Below are positions 8,979 to 20,376 of a stretch of DNA of 64,000 bases, in pieces; position 1 is the first letter of the stretch, and every line of letters begins with the position of its first letter. The translations under genes were made by a program, and so were the position numbers. The stretch covers positions 83,397 to 147,396 of the forward strand of contig CAWIRW010000018.1 of the NCBI GenBank assembly GCA_963838655.1, written 5' to 3'. The stretch comes from an uncultured Solirubrobacteraceae bacterium. GTDB lineage: Bacteria; Actinomycetota; Thermoleophilia; Solirubrobacterales; Solirubrobacteraceae. The notes under the pieces were generated by a model. That model did no database searches. It was given only the letters and a program-made list of their open reading frames with translations, and was not told the DNA's origin.

Positions 8979-9686
8979 TTGGGTCGCGCCGCAGCCAGCG
9001 GGACCCTCGAGGAGGGCCAGGTCCGCGCGATGTTCGATCGCATCGCGGGCGTCTACGACGTCATGAACTCGGTCATGACGGCCGGGCTGCACCACCGCTG
9101 GCGGGAGCGGGCGGCCGACCTCGCGGCGCTCACTCCGGGCAGCCGCGCGCTCGACGTGGCGACCGGCACCGGCGACCTGGCGGTCGAGCTCGCGCGGCGG
9201 GTGACGCCGGGCGGCGAGGTCGTCGGGTCCGACTTCTCGGAGGGGATGCTCGAGCAGGCCCGGCGCAAGAGCGCGGACGTGCGCTGGGAGCAGGCCAACG
9301 CGCTCGCGCTCCCCTATCCCGACGACGGCTTCGACGCCGCCACCGTCGGCTTCGGCGCGCGCAACTTCTCCGACCTCGAGCAGGGCCTGCGCGAGATGGC
9401 GCGCGTGGTCCGCCCTGGCGGCCGGGTCGTAGTCCTGGAGATAACCACGCCCACCAAGCCGCCCTTGTCGACGTTCTTCTCGCTCTGGTTCGATCGCATC
9501 GTGCCCTTACTCGGCCGCGTCACCGGCGAGGACCAGGCCTACACGTACCTCCCGAGCTCCGTGAAGCGGTTCCCGGGCCCGCGCGAGCTGGGTGCGGCGA
9601 TGTACGGCCTTGGGCTGCGCGACGTGCGCTGGGTGCTCACGGCGGGCGGGATCATCGCGCTGCACTCGGGGACGGTTCATGGCTAG
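8979..9686 (+). CDS. ubiE: demethylmenaquinone/ubiquinone methyltransferase
   Basis: MFDRIAGVYDVMNSVMTAGLHHRWR signature and the SAM motif LDVATGTGDLA. Confidence 0.9.
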   Translation: MGRAAASGTLEEGQVRAMFDRIAGVYDVMNSVMTAGLHHRWRERAADLAALTPGSRALDVATGTGDLAVELARRVTPGGEVVGSDFSEGMLEQARRKSADVRWEQANALALPYPDDGFDAATVGFGARNFSDLEQGLREMARVVRPGGRVVVLEITTPTKPPLSTFFSLWFDRIVPLLGRVTGEDQAYTYLPSSVKRFPGPRELGAAMYGLGLRDVRWVLTAGGIIALHSGTVHG

Positions 9687-10650
9687 CGCCGAGGCGGTGG
9701 CCGCGGTCGTCGCTGCGGGCGGCGCGCACGTGCCGGAGCTGATGGACGAGCTCGAGGAGCGCCTGCAGGAGCTCGCGCGCTCGCACGGGCCGCTGCTGGC
9801 CGAGCACGCGGGGGCGACGATCGCCGCCGGCGGGAAGCGGCTGCGCCCGCTGCTCGTGCTGCTCGCGGCGGGCCCCTCTCCCGCGCATCCGGAGCGGGTG
9901 CTGCGGGCGATGGTCGCGGTCGAGCTCATCCACTCGGCGACGCTCGTGCACGACGACGTGCTCGACGGCGCCGACCTGCGTCGCGGCCGGCCGACCGTGG
10001 TGGCCGCCGCGGGGCGCGCGATCGCCACCGCCACCGGCGACCTGCTCTTCTCGCGCGCGTTCGCCGAGCTCGCCCGCAACGGGCGCCCCGAGGCCGTGCG
10101 GGTGCTCTCCGGCGCGTCGTCGGCGCTCGCCGAGGGCGAGCTGCTGCAGCGCGAGGACGCCTGGAACGTGGGCGTCTCGCGGGCGCGTTACGAGCATCGC
10201 TGTGATCTGAAGACCGCGCGGCTCTTTCAGGCGGCGTGCGAGCTGGGGGCGCTCGAGGGCGCCGCGCCGGTCGAGACGCTCGGGCGCTTCGGGCGCCGGA
10301 TCGGCCTCGCCTTCCAGCTGCTCGACGACGTGCTCGACGTCTCCGGGCCGGCCGAGCGCACCGGCAAGCATCGCGGCACGGACCTGCTCGACGGCACGGT
10401 CACGCTCCCGCTGATCCTCGCCCGCGAGCGCGACCCGGCGCTGCGCGCGCTCGACCTGCGCGGCGTGCGGACGCCCGCTCAAGCTGAGGCGGTGTGCGAC
10501 GCGATCGTGGCGACCGGCGTGCTGGACGACGCGCGCGCGACGGCGCTCGGCATCGTGGCCGACGCGAAGGCTGACCTCCCGGCGCTCCCGGAGGCCCAGC
10601 AGGGGGCGCTGGAGCTGGTGGCCGACGGGGTCGTCGACCGCTACGCGTGA
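9679..10650 (+). CDS. polyprenyl diphosphate synthase (trans-IPPS, long-chain type)
   Basis: Two aspartate-rich motifs, LVHDDVLDG and FQLLDDVLD. ATG 9679 overlaps the ubiE stop (ATGGCTAG). Confidence 0.85.
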   Translation: MASAEAVAAVVAAGGAHVPELMDELEERLQELARSHGPLLAEHAGATIAAGGKRLRPLLVLLAAGPSPAHPERVLRAMVAVELIHSATLVHDDVLDGADLRRGRPTVVAAAGRAIATATGDLLFSRAFAELARNGRPEAVRVLSGASSALAEGELLQREDAWNVGVSRARYEHRCDLKTARLFQAACELGALEGAAPVETLGRFGRRIGLAFQLLDDVLDVSGPAERTGKHRGTDLLDGTVTLPLILARERDPALRALDLRGVRTPAQAEAVCDAIVATGVLDDARATALGIVADAKADLPALPEAQQGALELVADGVVDRYA

Positions 10651-11063
10651 AAGTCTTCGGGGAGGATCGCGTCCGCCCCGAGAGCCTTCGTGAAGCGCTC
10701 GATCTCGTCCTCCATGTTCGCGCGCTCGAGGTGCTTGAGGTCGCGCAGGAGGATCTCGGTGCCGAGGTCGAGCTGCTCGTCGAAGCGGTCGACGGTCGGC
10801 TGGTCGAAGTCGCCGATCTCGCTCCACTCGCAGTTCGGGCAGCGCAGGAGCACCTCCCAGTGCGTCGGGGAGGTCTCCTCCCACTCGACCGGGTAGACGA
10901 GGTCGCGATCGCAGACCGGGCAGACGTGCAGATCCTGGAGCGGCCGCTGGCTGGGCGCCAGGTTCTCCTCGGTGAGCGACTCGAAGTACACGACCTCGAT
11001 GGCGCGCCCGGAGGGCAGCACCACGCGGCGCACGTACTGACCCTGGTGCTGGTGGTCGCTCAT
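10641..11063 (-). CDS. hypothetical zinc-ribbon protein
   Basis: 140-aa ORF with CPVC...CPNC, acidic composition and good codon bias. Its end converges on and overlaps the synthase gene by 10 nt. Confidence 0.6.
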   Translation of the reverse strand: MSDHQHQGQYVRRVVLPSGRAIEVVYFESLTEENLAPSQRPLQDLHVCPVCDRDLVYPVEWEETSPTHWEVLLRCPNCEWSEIGDFDQPTVDRFDEQLDLGTEILLRDLKHLERANMEDEIERFTKALGADAILPEDFHA

Positions 11064-11149
11064 CGTGGCCCTAAGATCGGCCCCGCGCGTGGGAACTTGA
11101 CCCCTGAGGGCCGCTACCCTTGGCTTTGACCCCGGAAAGGGACGAACGT

Positions 11150-11383
11150 TTGAGTCTCGCCGTCTTTCAGTCCATCGGCCCGCTGGAGCTGGGCATCGTG
11201 CTCCTGATCGTCCTGCTGATCGTTGGTCCGAAGCGGTTGCCGGGCCTCGGCAAGCAGCTCGGCTCGGGGATGCGGGAGTTCAAGGACTCGCTCACCAAGA
11301 AGGTCGACGACGACCTCGAGGAGCGCCCCGACGGGTCGCTCGAAGGCGACGTCGTGCCCGAGCGCGAGCGCTCCCGCTCCTAG
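11150..11383 (+). CDS. tatA: twin-arginine translocase subunit TatA/E
   Basis: SIGPLELGIVLLIVLLIVGPKRLPGLGKQLG. TTG 11150 is preceded by GGAAAGGGA. Confidence 0.85.
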   Translation: MSLAVFQSIGPLELGIVLLIVLLIVGPKRLPGLGKQLGSGMREFKDSLTKKVDDDLEERPDGSLEGDVVPERERSRS

Positions 11384-11401
11384 CGCCCGGGCGGGCGCGT
11401 C

Positions 11402-12418
11402 ATGGCCACCGCACTGCGCCCGATCGCCCACGACGATCGGCTCAGCCTGGTCGAGCACCTCGACGAGCTGCGCACGCGGCTGATCATCTGCCTCGTCGTG
11501 TTCTTCGCCGCCGGCGCGGTCTGCTTCTGGCAGAACGACGCGATCCTGGAGATCATGGACCGGCCGCTCGAGGAGTCGGCCTTCACCAAGGGCAGCGACG
11601 ACCCGCTCGAGCGTGCCGCTGTGTTCCAGCAGGCGCAGAAGCGGCTCTACCTGCAGATCGAGGTGCTCTCGCGCACCTTGGCGCGGTCGGGGGAAAGCGC
11701 GGAGGTGCGCGCGCAGGCGGCGGCGACGGCTGAGACGGCGGCTCGGACGGCGGCGGCCGCGCCCGAGGCGTCGGGGCGCCGGCCGGTGACGCTGGGGGTC
11801 GGCGAGCCGTTCACGGTCACGTTCCGGGTGGTCGCCTACGCGGCGCTCCTGCTGTCGCTGCCGGTGATCCTCTACCAGGCGTACGCGTTCATCCTGCCGG
11901 CGTTCTCGCCGCGCGAGCGGCAGGTGGCGCTGCCGCTGATGGCGATGGTGCCGTTCCTGTTCGCCGCCGGCGTCGTGTTCGCGTACTTCTTCGTGCTGCC
12001 GAACGCGATCTCGTTCCTGCAGAACTTCAACGACGACAACTACGACATCCTGCTGCAGGCGCGGGACTACTACAAGTTCTCGATCATGGTCCTGATGGTC
12101 ATGGGGATCCTGTTCCAGGTGCCGATCGGGATCCTCGCGGTCACGCGCGTGGGGATCGTCAGCACCACGCAGCTGCGCCGCAACCGGCGCTACGCGTTCC
12201 TCGGGATCGCGATCCTGGCGATGCTCCTGCCCGGCACCGATCCGGTGACGATGCTCTCGATGATGCTGCCGCTGGTGGTGCTCTTCGAAGGCTCTATCCT
12301 GATGGCATCCCTGCTCGACCGCCGCGCCGACCGGGCCCGGGCCCGCGAGGACGCCGAGCTGGACCCGGCGGACTCCGACGGCGGCGAGCTCGTGCACTCC
12401 CCTGATCGCGAAGACTGA
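11402..12418 (+). CDS. tatC: twin-arginine translocase subunit TatC
   Basis: LVEHLDELRTRLI N-terminal signature and six TM segments. Confidence 0.9.
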   Translation: MATALRPIAHDDRLSLVEHLDELRTRLIICLVVFFAAGAVCFWQNDAILEIMDRPLEESAFTKGSDDPLERAAVFQQAQKRLYLQIEVLSRTLARSGESAEVRAQAAATAETAARTAAAAPEASGRRPVTLGVGEPFTVTFRVVAYAALLLSLPVILYQAYAFILPAFSPRERQVALPLMAMVPFLFAAGVVFAYFFVLPNAISFLQNFNDDNYDILLQARDYYKFSIMVLMVMGILFQVPIGILAVTRVGIVSTTQLRRNRRYAFLGIAILAMLLPGTDPVTMLSMMLPLVVLFEGSILMASLLDRRADRARAREDAELDPADSDGGELVHSPDRED

Positions 12419-12423
12419 CGACG

Positions 12424-13131
12424 ATGCTGTTCGACCTCCGAGGCGCCGGCCGGCGCACGACCATCAAGATCGTGTACCTCTCGCTCGCCATCCTGATGGG
12501 TGGCGGGTTGGTGCTGTTCGGGATCGGCGGCGACGTCTCAGGCGGGCTGTTCGACGCGTTCAGCGAGCGCAACGCCACGACCGACACCGGCACCGGCCGC
12601 TACGAGGAGCGGGTGCGGGAGGCCCAGCGCGAGACGCAGGCGAACCCGAAGGACGCGGCGGCCTTCGCCGAGCTGGCCCGCGCCCGCTACCAGCTCGCGA
12701 ACGCCGGGGACAACCTCGACCAGCAGGCGGGCCAGTTCTCGGCGGAGGGCAAGCGGCAGCTCGGCCTGGCCACCCAGGCGTGGGAGCGCCACCTCGCGCT
12801 CGAGCCCGACAAGCCCGACGACGGCGTCGCGAGCCTGATGGTCAACGCGTACGGCCCGGTCGGGCTCAACGAACTGGAGAAGGCCGTCGCCGCCCAGGAG
12901 GTCATCACCGAGACCCGCCCGAAGTCGGCCACCTTCGCGAACCTGGCGATCCTCGCCTACCAGGCCGGCCAGACCCGCAAGGGCGACCTCGCGACCGACC
13001 AGGCGGTCGAAAGAGCCGACGCCGACGACCGCAAGACGCTCCGCGCAGAGCTCAAATCGGCGAAGGAACAGGCGCTCCAGGCACAGATCCAGAACGCCCA
13101 GCCGGGAGCCACGCCAGCCCCCGAGAAGTAG
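12424..13131 (+). CDS. hypothetical membrane-anchored helical-repeat protein
   Basis: One N-terminal TM (IVYLSLAILMGGGLVLFGI) followed by a soluble alpha-helical, TPR-like region. Coding-type codon bias. Confidence 0.6.
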   Translation: MLFDLRGAGRRTTIKIVYLSLAILMGGGLVLFGIGGDVSGGLFDAFSERNATTDTGTGRYEERVREAQRETQANPKDAAAFAELARARYQLANAGDNLDQQAGQFSAEGKRQLGLATQAWERHLALEPDKPDDGVASLMVNAYGPVGLNELEKAVAAQEVITETRPKSATFANLAILAYQAGQTRKGDLATDQAVERADADDRKTLRAELKSAKEQALQAQIQNAQPGATPAPEK

Positions 13132-13164
13132 CGCCCCAAACGCTATCCTTGACCCGCTCCACGC

Positions 13165-13237
13165 GCCCTTGTAGCTCAACTGGCAGAGCAGCGGACTCTT
13201 AATCCGAAGGTTCCAGGTTCGATTCCTGGCGGGGGCA
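13165..13237 (+). tRNA. tRNA-Lys (anticodon CTT)
   Basis: Cloverleaf read by eye. Acceptor GCCCTTG/CGGGGGC with two G-U pairs, D stem GCTC/GAGC, anticodon loop CTCTTAA, T arm CCAGG-TTCGATT-CCTGG. CCA is not encoded. Confidence 0.9.
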
Positions 13238-13253
13238 TCTCGAAGCGCCGTAG

Positions 13254-13285
13254 GCGGTCGGCGGCTGGACTCGGCCGCCGACCGC
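13254..13285. terminator. 12-bp perfect hairpin between convergent tRNA-Lys and the dehydrogenase gene
   Basis: GCGGTCGGCGGC (13254-13265) pairs with GCCGCCGACCGC (13274-13285) around an 8-nt loop. Confidence 0.5.
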
Positions 13286-13296
13286 GCGGTTGGGCG

Positions 13297-14766
13297 CTAC
13301 TTCTTGCGGATCTCGTAGATCGTGCCGAGCGAGGTCGAGACGGCGTAGAGCGTGCCGGCAGGGCTCTCGCGCACGTCGGCGGTGACGCCGAAGCCCGTGC
13401 CGAAGAGCAGCGACTCGCTCTCGGTCAGGTCGTACTTGCGGATGTTGTCGGCGACGCGGTCGCGGAGGCGCCGGTCGTCCGGGTCGATCTCCTTTCGGTT
13501 GCGGTCGATCGGCACCCGGAAGAGGTTGTTGCCGCGGACGTTCGCGGAGCCGACGAACAGGTCGCCGCGGTACTTCTTGCCGAGCTCGCGCTGGGAGAGG
13601 AAGTCGATGCCGCCCGGGGCGAACTCGTACTTCCAGGCCAGCTCGGGGTCGCTGAAGCGCGAGCCGGGGAGCCGGAACAGGCGCTTGGCGGCCTCGCGCG
13701 GCGTCGTGGCGATGTTCTCCGGTCCCCAGCGCACCTGCTGCAGGCCGTAGTAGCTCGCCGCCGCCGGATCGCCGGTCGGGCCGCGGTTGTTCTCGATCTC
13801 CCGGAACTGGGCGACGCGGCTCAGCGGGCCCATCACCTGCACCCAGCCGGAGTTGAAGCCCGGCTTGACGCGGTTGATCTCGCTGAAGCTGTCGTCGCCG
13901 TTCTCCTGCTCCCAGAGGTCGCCCGAGAACGGGTCGAAGGCCATGCCGAACGAGTTGCGGATGCCGTAGGCGTAGAGCTTCTTGAGGCTCGCGCCGACCT
14001 GGCCGCCGCGATCGGCGCCCTCTTCGTAGAACGGGTTGTCCTTGGGCGCGCTGCCGTCGGGGTTGAGCCGCAGGATCACGCCCGTCAGATGCTCGAAGTC
14101 CGGGTCCGGGCCGCCGAACTGGTCGTCGCCGATCGAGCCGTCGTTCGTCGGCGGGAACGGGTAGACGAACGGGCCGTCGATCAGGTTCTGCATCTGGCCG
14201 CGACGGCCGGTGTCGCCGACGATCAGATACACCTTGCCGTCCGGGCCGACGCGCACCACGCCGCCGTTGTGGTTGCCGCGGGCGACGCCGTTGGACGCAT
14301 CGTTCTGGAACGAGCGCATCCGCACCAGCGTCTTGTCGAACGTCAGCGTCGAGCCATCCCACTTGAAGCGGTCGAGCCGGTTGCCCAGCACCGGCACCGC
14401 CATGAGGTCGTTGTTGTCGGCGGGCAGCGTCGTCTCGCTCCAGTAGAGGTAGACGAACCCGTTGTGGCGGAAGAACTTGTCGAGCGCGATGCCGAGCAGG
14501 CCGCGCTCGGACGCCGAGTTGACGGTCAGATCGAGGACGACCGTCGGCGCACCGCCGTCGCGCACCCGCTTGACCTGGCCGCTGGCCTTCTCGAGCACGA
14601 GGAAGTCGTCGTCGCCGATCCACTCCATCTGCACCGGCTGGCTGAGGCCTGTCGTGATGGTGCCGACCTCGAGGTTCGGATCTGCGACTGATGGCGTCTG
14701 CGCTGCCGCCTGCGCGGTGAAGACCAACGTGGCGGCCACGACTGCGAGACCGAGTACTGCTCGCAT
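13297..14766 (-). CDS. secreted PQQ-dependent sugar (glucose/sorbosone) dehydrogenase-like beta-propeller protein
   Basis: ERGLLGIALD, GNHNGGVVRVGPDGKVYLIVGD, ILRLNPDGSAPKDNPF, YAYGIRNSFGMAFDP. ATG 14766 is preceded by GGGAGGAGG and followed by a signal peptide. Confidence 0.75.
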   Translation of the reverse strand: MRAVLGLAVVAATLVFTAQAAAQTPSVADPNLEVGTITTGLSQPVQMEWIGDDDFLVLEKASGQVKRVRDGGAPTVVLDLTVNSASERGLLGIALDKFFRHNGFVYLYWSETTLPADNNDLMAVPVLGNRLDRFKWDGSTLTFDKTLVRMRSFQNDASNGVARGNHNGGVVRVGPDGKVYLIVGDTGRRGQMQNLIDGPFVYPFPPTNDGSIGDDQFGGPDPDFEHLTGVILRLNPDGSAPKDNPFYEEGADRGGQVGASLKKLYAYGIRNSFGMAFDPFSGDLWEQENGDDSFSEINRVKPGFNSGWVQVMGPLSRVAQFREIENNRGPTGDPAAASYYGLQQVRWGPENIATTPREAAKRLFRLPGSRFSDPELAWKYEFAPGGIDFLSQRELGKKYRGDLFVGSANVRGNNLFRVPIDRNRKEIDPDDRRLRDRVADNIRKYDLTESESLLFGTGFGVTADVRESPAGTLYAVSTSLGTIYEIRKK

Positions 14767-14834
14767 TCCTGCCTCCTCCCGGTTGTTCACGGATCGCCCG
14801 AAGGGCGCTACGCACCGCGGCGCGAGGCGGTTCG

Positions 14835-15572
14835 ATGTACGGTGGATCCGTGGAGGAGGGGTTCTTCGGTGAGCGCGTTGCGGCGTTCTACGACGAGCGC
14901 TCGGCCGATGCGTCGCGGCCGGAGGTGGTGGGCCCGGTCGTCGACATGCTGGCGGGCTTCGCCGGGGACGGAGCGGCGCTGGAGTTCGGGATCGGGACCG
15001 GGCGGATTGCGATTCCGCTGGCCGAGAAGGGCGTTCGGGTGGTCGGGATCGACAACTCGGAGGCGATGCTCTCGCGGCTGCGGGCGAAGACCACGGACAT
15101 CGAGGCGGTCCACGGGGACTTTGCGACCACTCGCGTCGACGGGGAGTTCAGCGTCGCCTACCTGGTCTTCAACACGATCTCGAACCTCGTGACGCAGGAC
15201 GCGCAGGTCGCGTGCTTCGCGAACGCCGCGGCGCACCTGCGCAGCGGCGGGCGGTTCGTGATCGAGAACGGCGTGCCGGCGCTGCAGAGCCTGCCGCCCG
15301 GGCAGACGGTGATCCCGTTCCGTGCCGACCGCGAGGGGTTCTCGTTCGACGTCTACGACGTCGTCACGCAGAGCTTCAGCTCGCAGCACTTCTACATCGT
15401 CGACGGCAAGCTCGAGGCGTTCCCGGTGGAGTTCCGCTACGCGTGGCCGGCCGAGCTCGACCTGATGGCGCGGCTGGCGGGGATGCGGCTCGAGTACCGC
15501 TGGGCGGGATGGGGCCGCGAGCCGTTCACGGCCCTCAGCCCCTCCCACGTCTCCGTGTACGAGAAGCCCTAG
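14835..15572 (+). CDS. class I SAM-dependent methyltransferase
   Basis: Motif I LEFGIGTGRIA, then VVGIDNSEAML. Confidence 0.8.
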   Translation: MYGGSVEEGFFGERVAAFYDERSADASRPEVVGPVVDMLAGFAGDGAALEFGIGTGRIAIPLAEKGVRVVGIDNSEAMLSRLRAKTTDIEAVHGDFATTRVDGEFSVAYLVFNTISNLVTQDAQVACFANAAAHLRSGGRFVIENGVPALQSLPPGQTVIPFRADREGFSFDVYDVVTQSFSSQHFYIVDGKLEAFPVEFRYAWPAELDLMARLAGMRLEYRWAGWGREPFTALSPSHVSVYEKP

Positions 15573-15589
15573 CGGGCGGCTCGTCGTCG

Positions 15590-16077
15590 TCAGCGGAGCG
15601 AGACCGCGACCTCCTCGAGCAGGTCCAGCGCGTCCTGCAGGCCGTTCTCCATCCCGGACTCGATGTGGCCATCGCGGTGCTCCTTGGTCTCGTGCTGCGA
15701 CGAGGATCGTCGAGCGTGGTGCGGCCGTCGACCTCGGTGAGCGTGAGCGTGTCGAGCGCCTCGGCGTCCGGCATGCCCTCGTAGACCTCCGTCGTGACGA
15801 TCCGCTCGTTCGGGACGATCTCCCGGTACTCGCCGTGGAAGCCGACCTCCATCTCGCCGTGGGCGATCATCACGTAGCGCCAGGTGCCGCCGACCCGCAG
15901 GTCGATCTCGGCGACGGTCATCTCGCCGCGCTTGGCCGTCCACCAGCGCCGCACCAGCTCGGGCGTGGTGTACGCCTTGTAGACGAGGTGCTTCGGGGCG
16001 TCGAACTCGCGCGTGATCAGGATCTGATCGTCGGCGGGCAGGGTCACCTTCGCGGAGCGGCTAGTCGTCATGGGCAT
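15590..16077 (-). pseudogene. SRPBCC (AHSA1/START-like) domain protein, one apparent -1 frameshift near 15691-15715
   Basis: The N-terminal part MPMTTSR...EVYEGMPDAEALDTLTLTEVDGRTTL (frame of 15535..16257) continues as ...QHETKEHRDGHIESGMENGLQDALDLLEEVAVSLR in the frame of 15590..15943. Confidence 0.75.
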
Positions 16078-16412
16078 GTCCTTCCTCCTTCTTGAGGTCG
16101 TCGAGGACCGCATCGAGCTCGTCGAAGCGCTCGGACCACGAGCGCTCGAACGGCTTGATCCAGTCGTGGATGGGTTTGAGTGCCTCGCCGTTGAGCCGGT
16201 AGAGCCGCTGGCGGCCCTGGCCGCGCACCTCCACGGCGCCCACCTCGCGCAGTACACGCAGGTGCTTGGACACCTGCGGCTGGCCCATGCCGAGGAGGTG
16301 GACGAGGTCGTTGACCGGGACGCTCGCCGCCGGCGAGGGCGTCGAGGATCTGTCGCCGGCGAGGCTCGGCCACCGCGTTGAACGTGTCCGCCGTGGTCGC
16401 TGCTCGGGCCAT
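16061..16412 (-). pseudogene. ArsR/SmtB family transcriptional regulator, one apparent +1 insertion near 16315
   Basis: MARAATTADTFNAVAEPRRRQILDALAGGERP continues in another frame as VNDLVHLLGMGQPQVSKHLRVLREVGAV. CCCGGTCAAC should read CCCGTCAAC. The 3' end overlaps the SRPBCC start. Confidence 0.75.
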
Positions 16413-16418
16413 GGCGGA

Positions 16419-16448
16419 ACTATATATACCGATATAGGTATATGTCAA
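16419..16448 (-). promoter_or_regulatory. near-consensus promoter for leaderless arsR with a palindromic operator in the spacer
   Basis: The minus strand reads TTGACA, 18 nt, TATAGT, 6 nt, ATG. The spacer contains the inverted repeat ATATACC-N6-GGTATAT (16424-16443). This is the only strongly AT-rich island in the region. Confidence 0.6.
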
Positions 16449-16479
16449 GAGACGTGCTCTGATCGGTAGCCTGCGGCGC

Positions 16480-17268
16480 ATGCTCGCGAGCTTGGATGGC
16501 ACCATCGGGCCGGCCGAGGAGGCGCGGATCCCGGTCACCGACGAGGGGCTGACGCGCGGTGACGGGGCGTTCGAGGTCGCACGCCTGTACGGCGGCCGGC
16601 CGTTCGCCCTCGAGGATCACATGGCGCGCCTGGCCACGACGTGCGAGGGGATCCGGCTCACCGTACGACGAGGACGCGCTGCGAGCGGAGATCGGCGCGC
16701 TGCTGGAGGCGGCCGGACCCGTGGACGACCTGCTGCGGGTCGTCCTCACCCGCGGCGGCCGCCGCATCCTCACGATCGAGCCGCAGCCCCCGCGACCGGC
16801 GTCGGCCCGCGTGGCGACCGTGACCTACGCGCCCAACCGCGTGCTCGACGGGCTCAAGACGCTCTCGTACGCCGGCAACATGCTCGCCGGGCGGATCGCG
16901 CGCGAGCAGGGCTTCGACGAGGCGCTCTTCGTGACCCCGCACGGCCGCGTCCTCGAGGGACCCGACGTGGACCTTCTTCTGGGTCGCCGACGGGCGCCTC
17001 TACACGCCGCCGCTCGAGGACCGGATCCTCGCCTCGATCACCCGGCGCTACGTGCTCGACGAGTGCGACGGAGAGGAGCGAGCCTGCACGCTCGACGACG
17101 CGCTCGCCGCCGAGGAGGCGTTCATCGCGTCATCGGTGCGCGAGGTGATGCCGATCGCGGCGATCGACGAGGTCTCGCTGCCCGCGACGCCCGGCCCGGT
17201 GACGCGCGGACGCCGCGGAGCGGCTGTCGAGCCGGATCGCCCGCGAGCTTACGAGCGCCGCCGCTTAG
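16480..17268 (+). pseudogene. fold-type IV aminotransferase (branched-chain aminotransferase / ADC lyase family), three apparent +1 insertions
   Basis: The conserved sequence runs through three frames. It reads ...FALEDHMARLATTCEGIRL, then PYDEDALRAEIG...LKTLSYAGNMLAGRIAREQGFDEALFVTPHGRVLEGP, then TWTFFWVADGRLYTPPLEDRILASITRRY...PGPVTR, then DAAERLSSRIARELTSAAA-stop. Shifts are near 16660, 16961-16963 and 17208. Confidence 0.75.
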
Positions 17269-17391
17269 CGCCGCCGGTCTGCCAGTCGACGTACCAGAGC
17301 ACGTGGCCGACGCCCGAGAGGACGCCCTGTACCGTGCCGCGGACGCTGTCGAGGAGAATCGACATCGTGTCAATGAGCTACCCGAACGCTG

Positions 17392-20371
<2,980 letters not shown>

Positions 20372-20376
20372 TCAGT

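Noticed and set aside
13132-13300. tRNA-Lys and tRNA-Arg (41528-41601) as integration hot spots flanked by mobile DNA
   Set aside because: Both tRNAs are flanked by housekeeping genes with normal composition. I saw no integrase, no direct repeat of the tRNA 3' end and no compositional break.
13199-14815. 538-aa ORF and many similar long Arg/Pro/Ala-rich ORFs (e.g. 718..1551-, 2716..3894-, 6145..7650-, 25742..27019+, 27001..28188+, 31162..33027-, 36214..37950+, 53205..55391-, 58050..59228-)
   Set aside because: These are typical alternative-frame or antisense shadow ORFs of a very high-GC genome. Each overlaps a gene with clear family motifs and has low-complexity composition without motifs.
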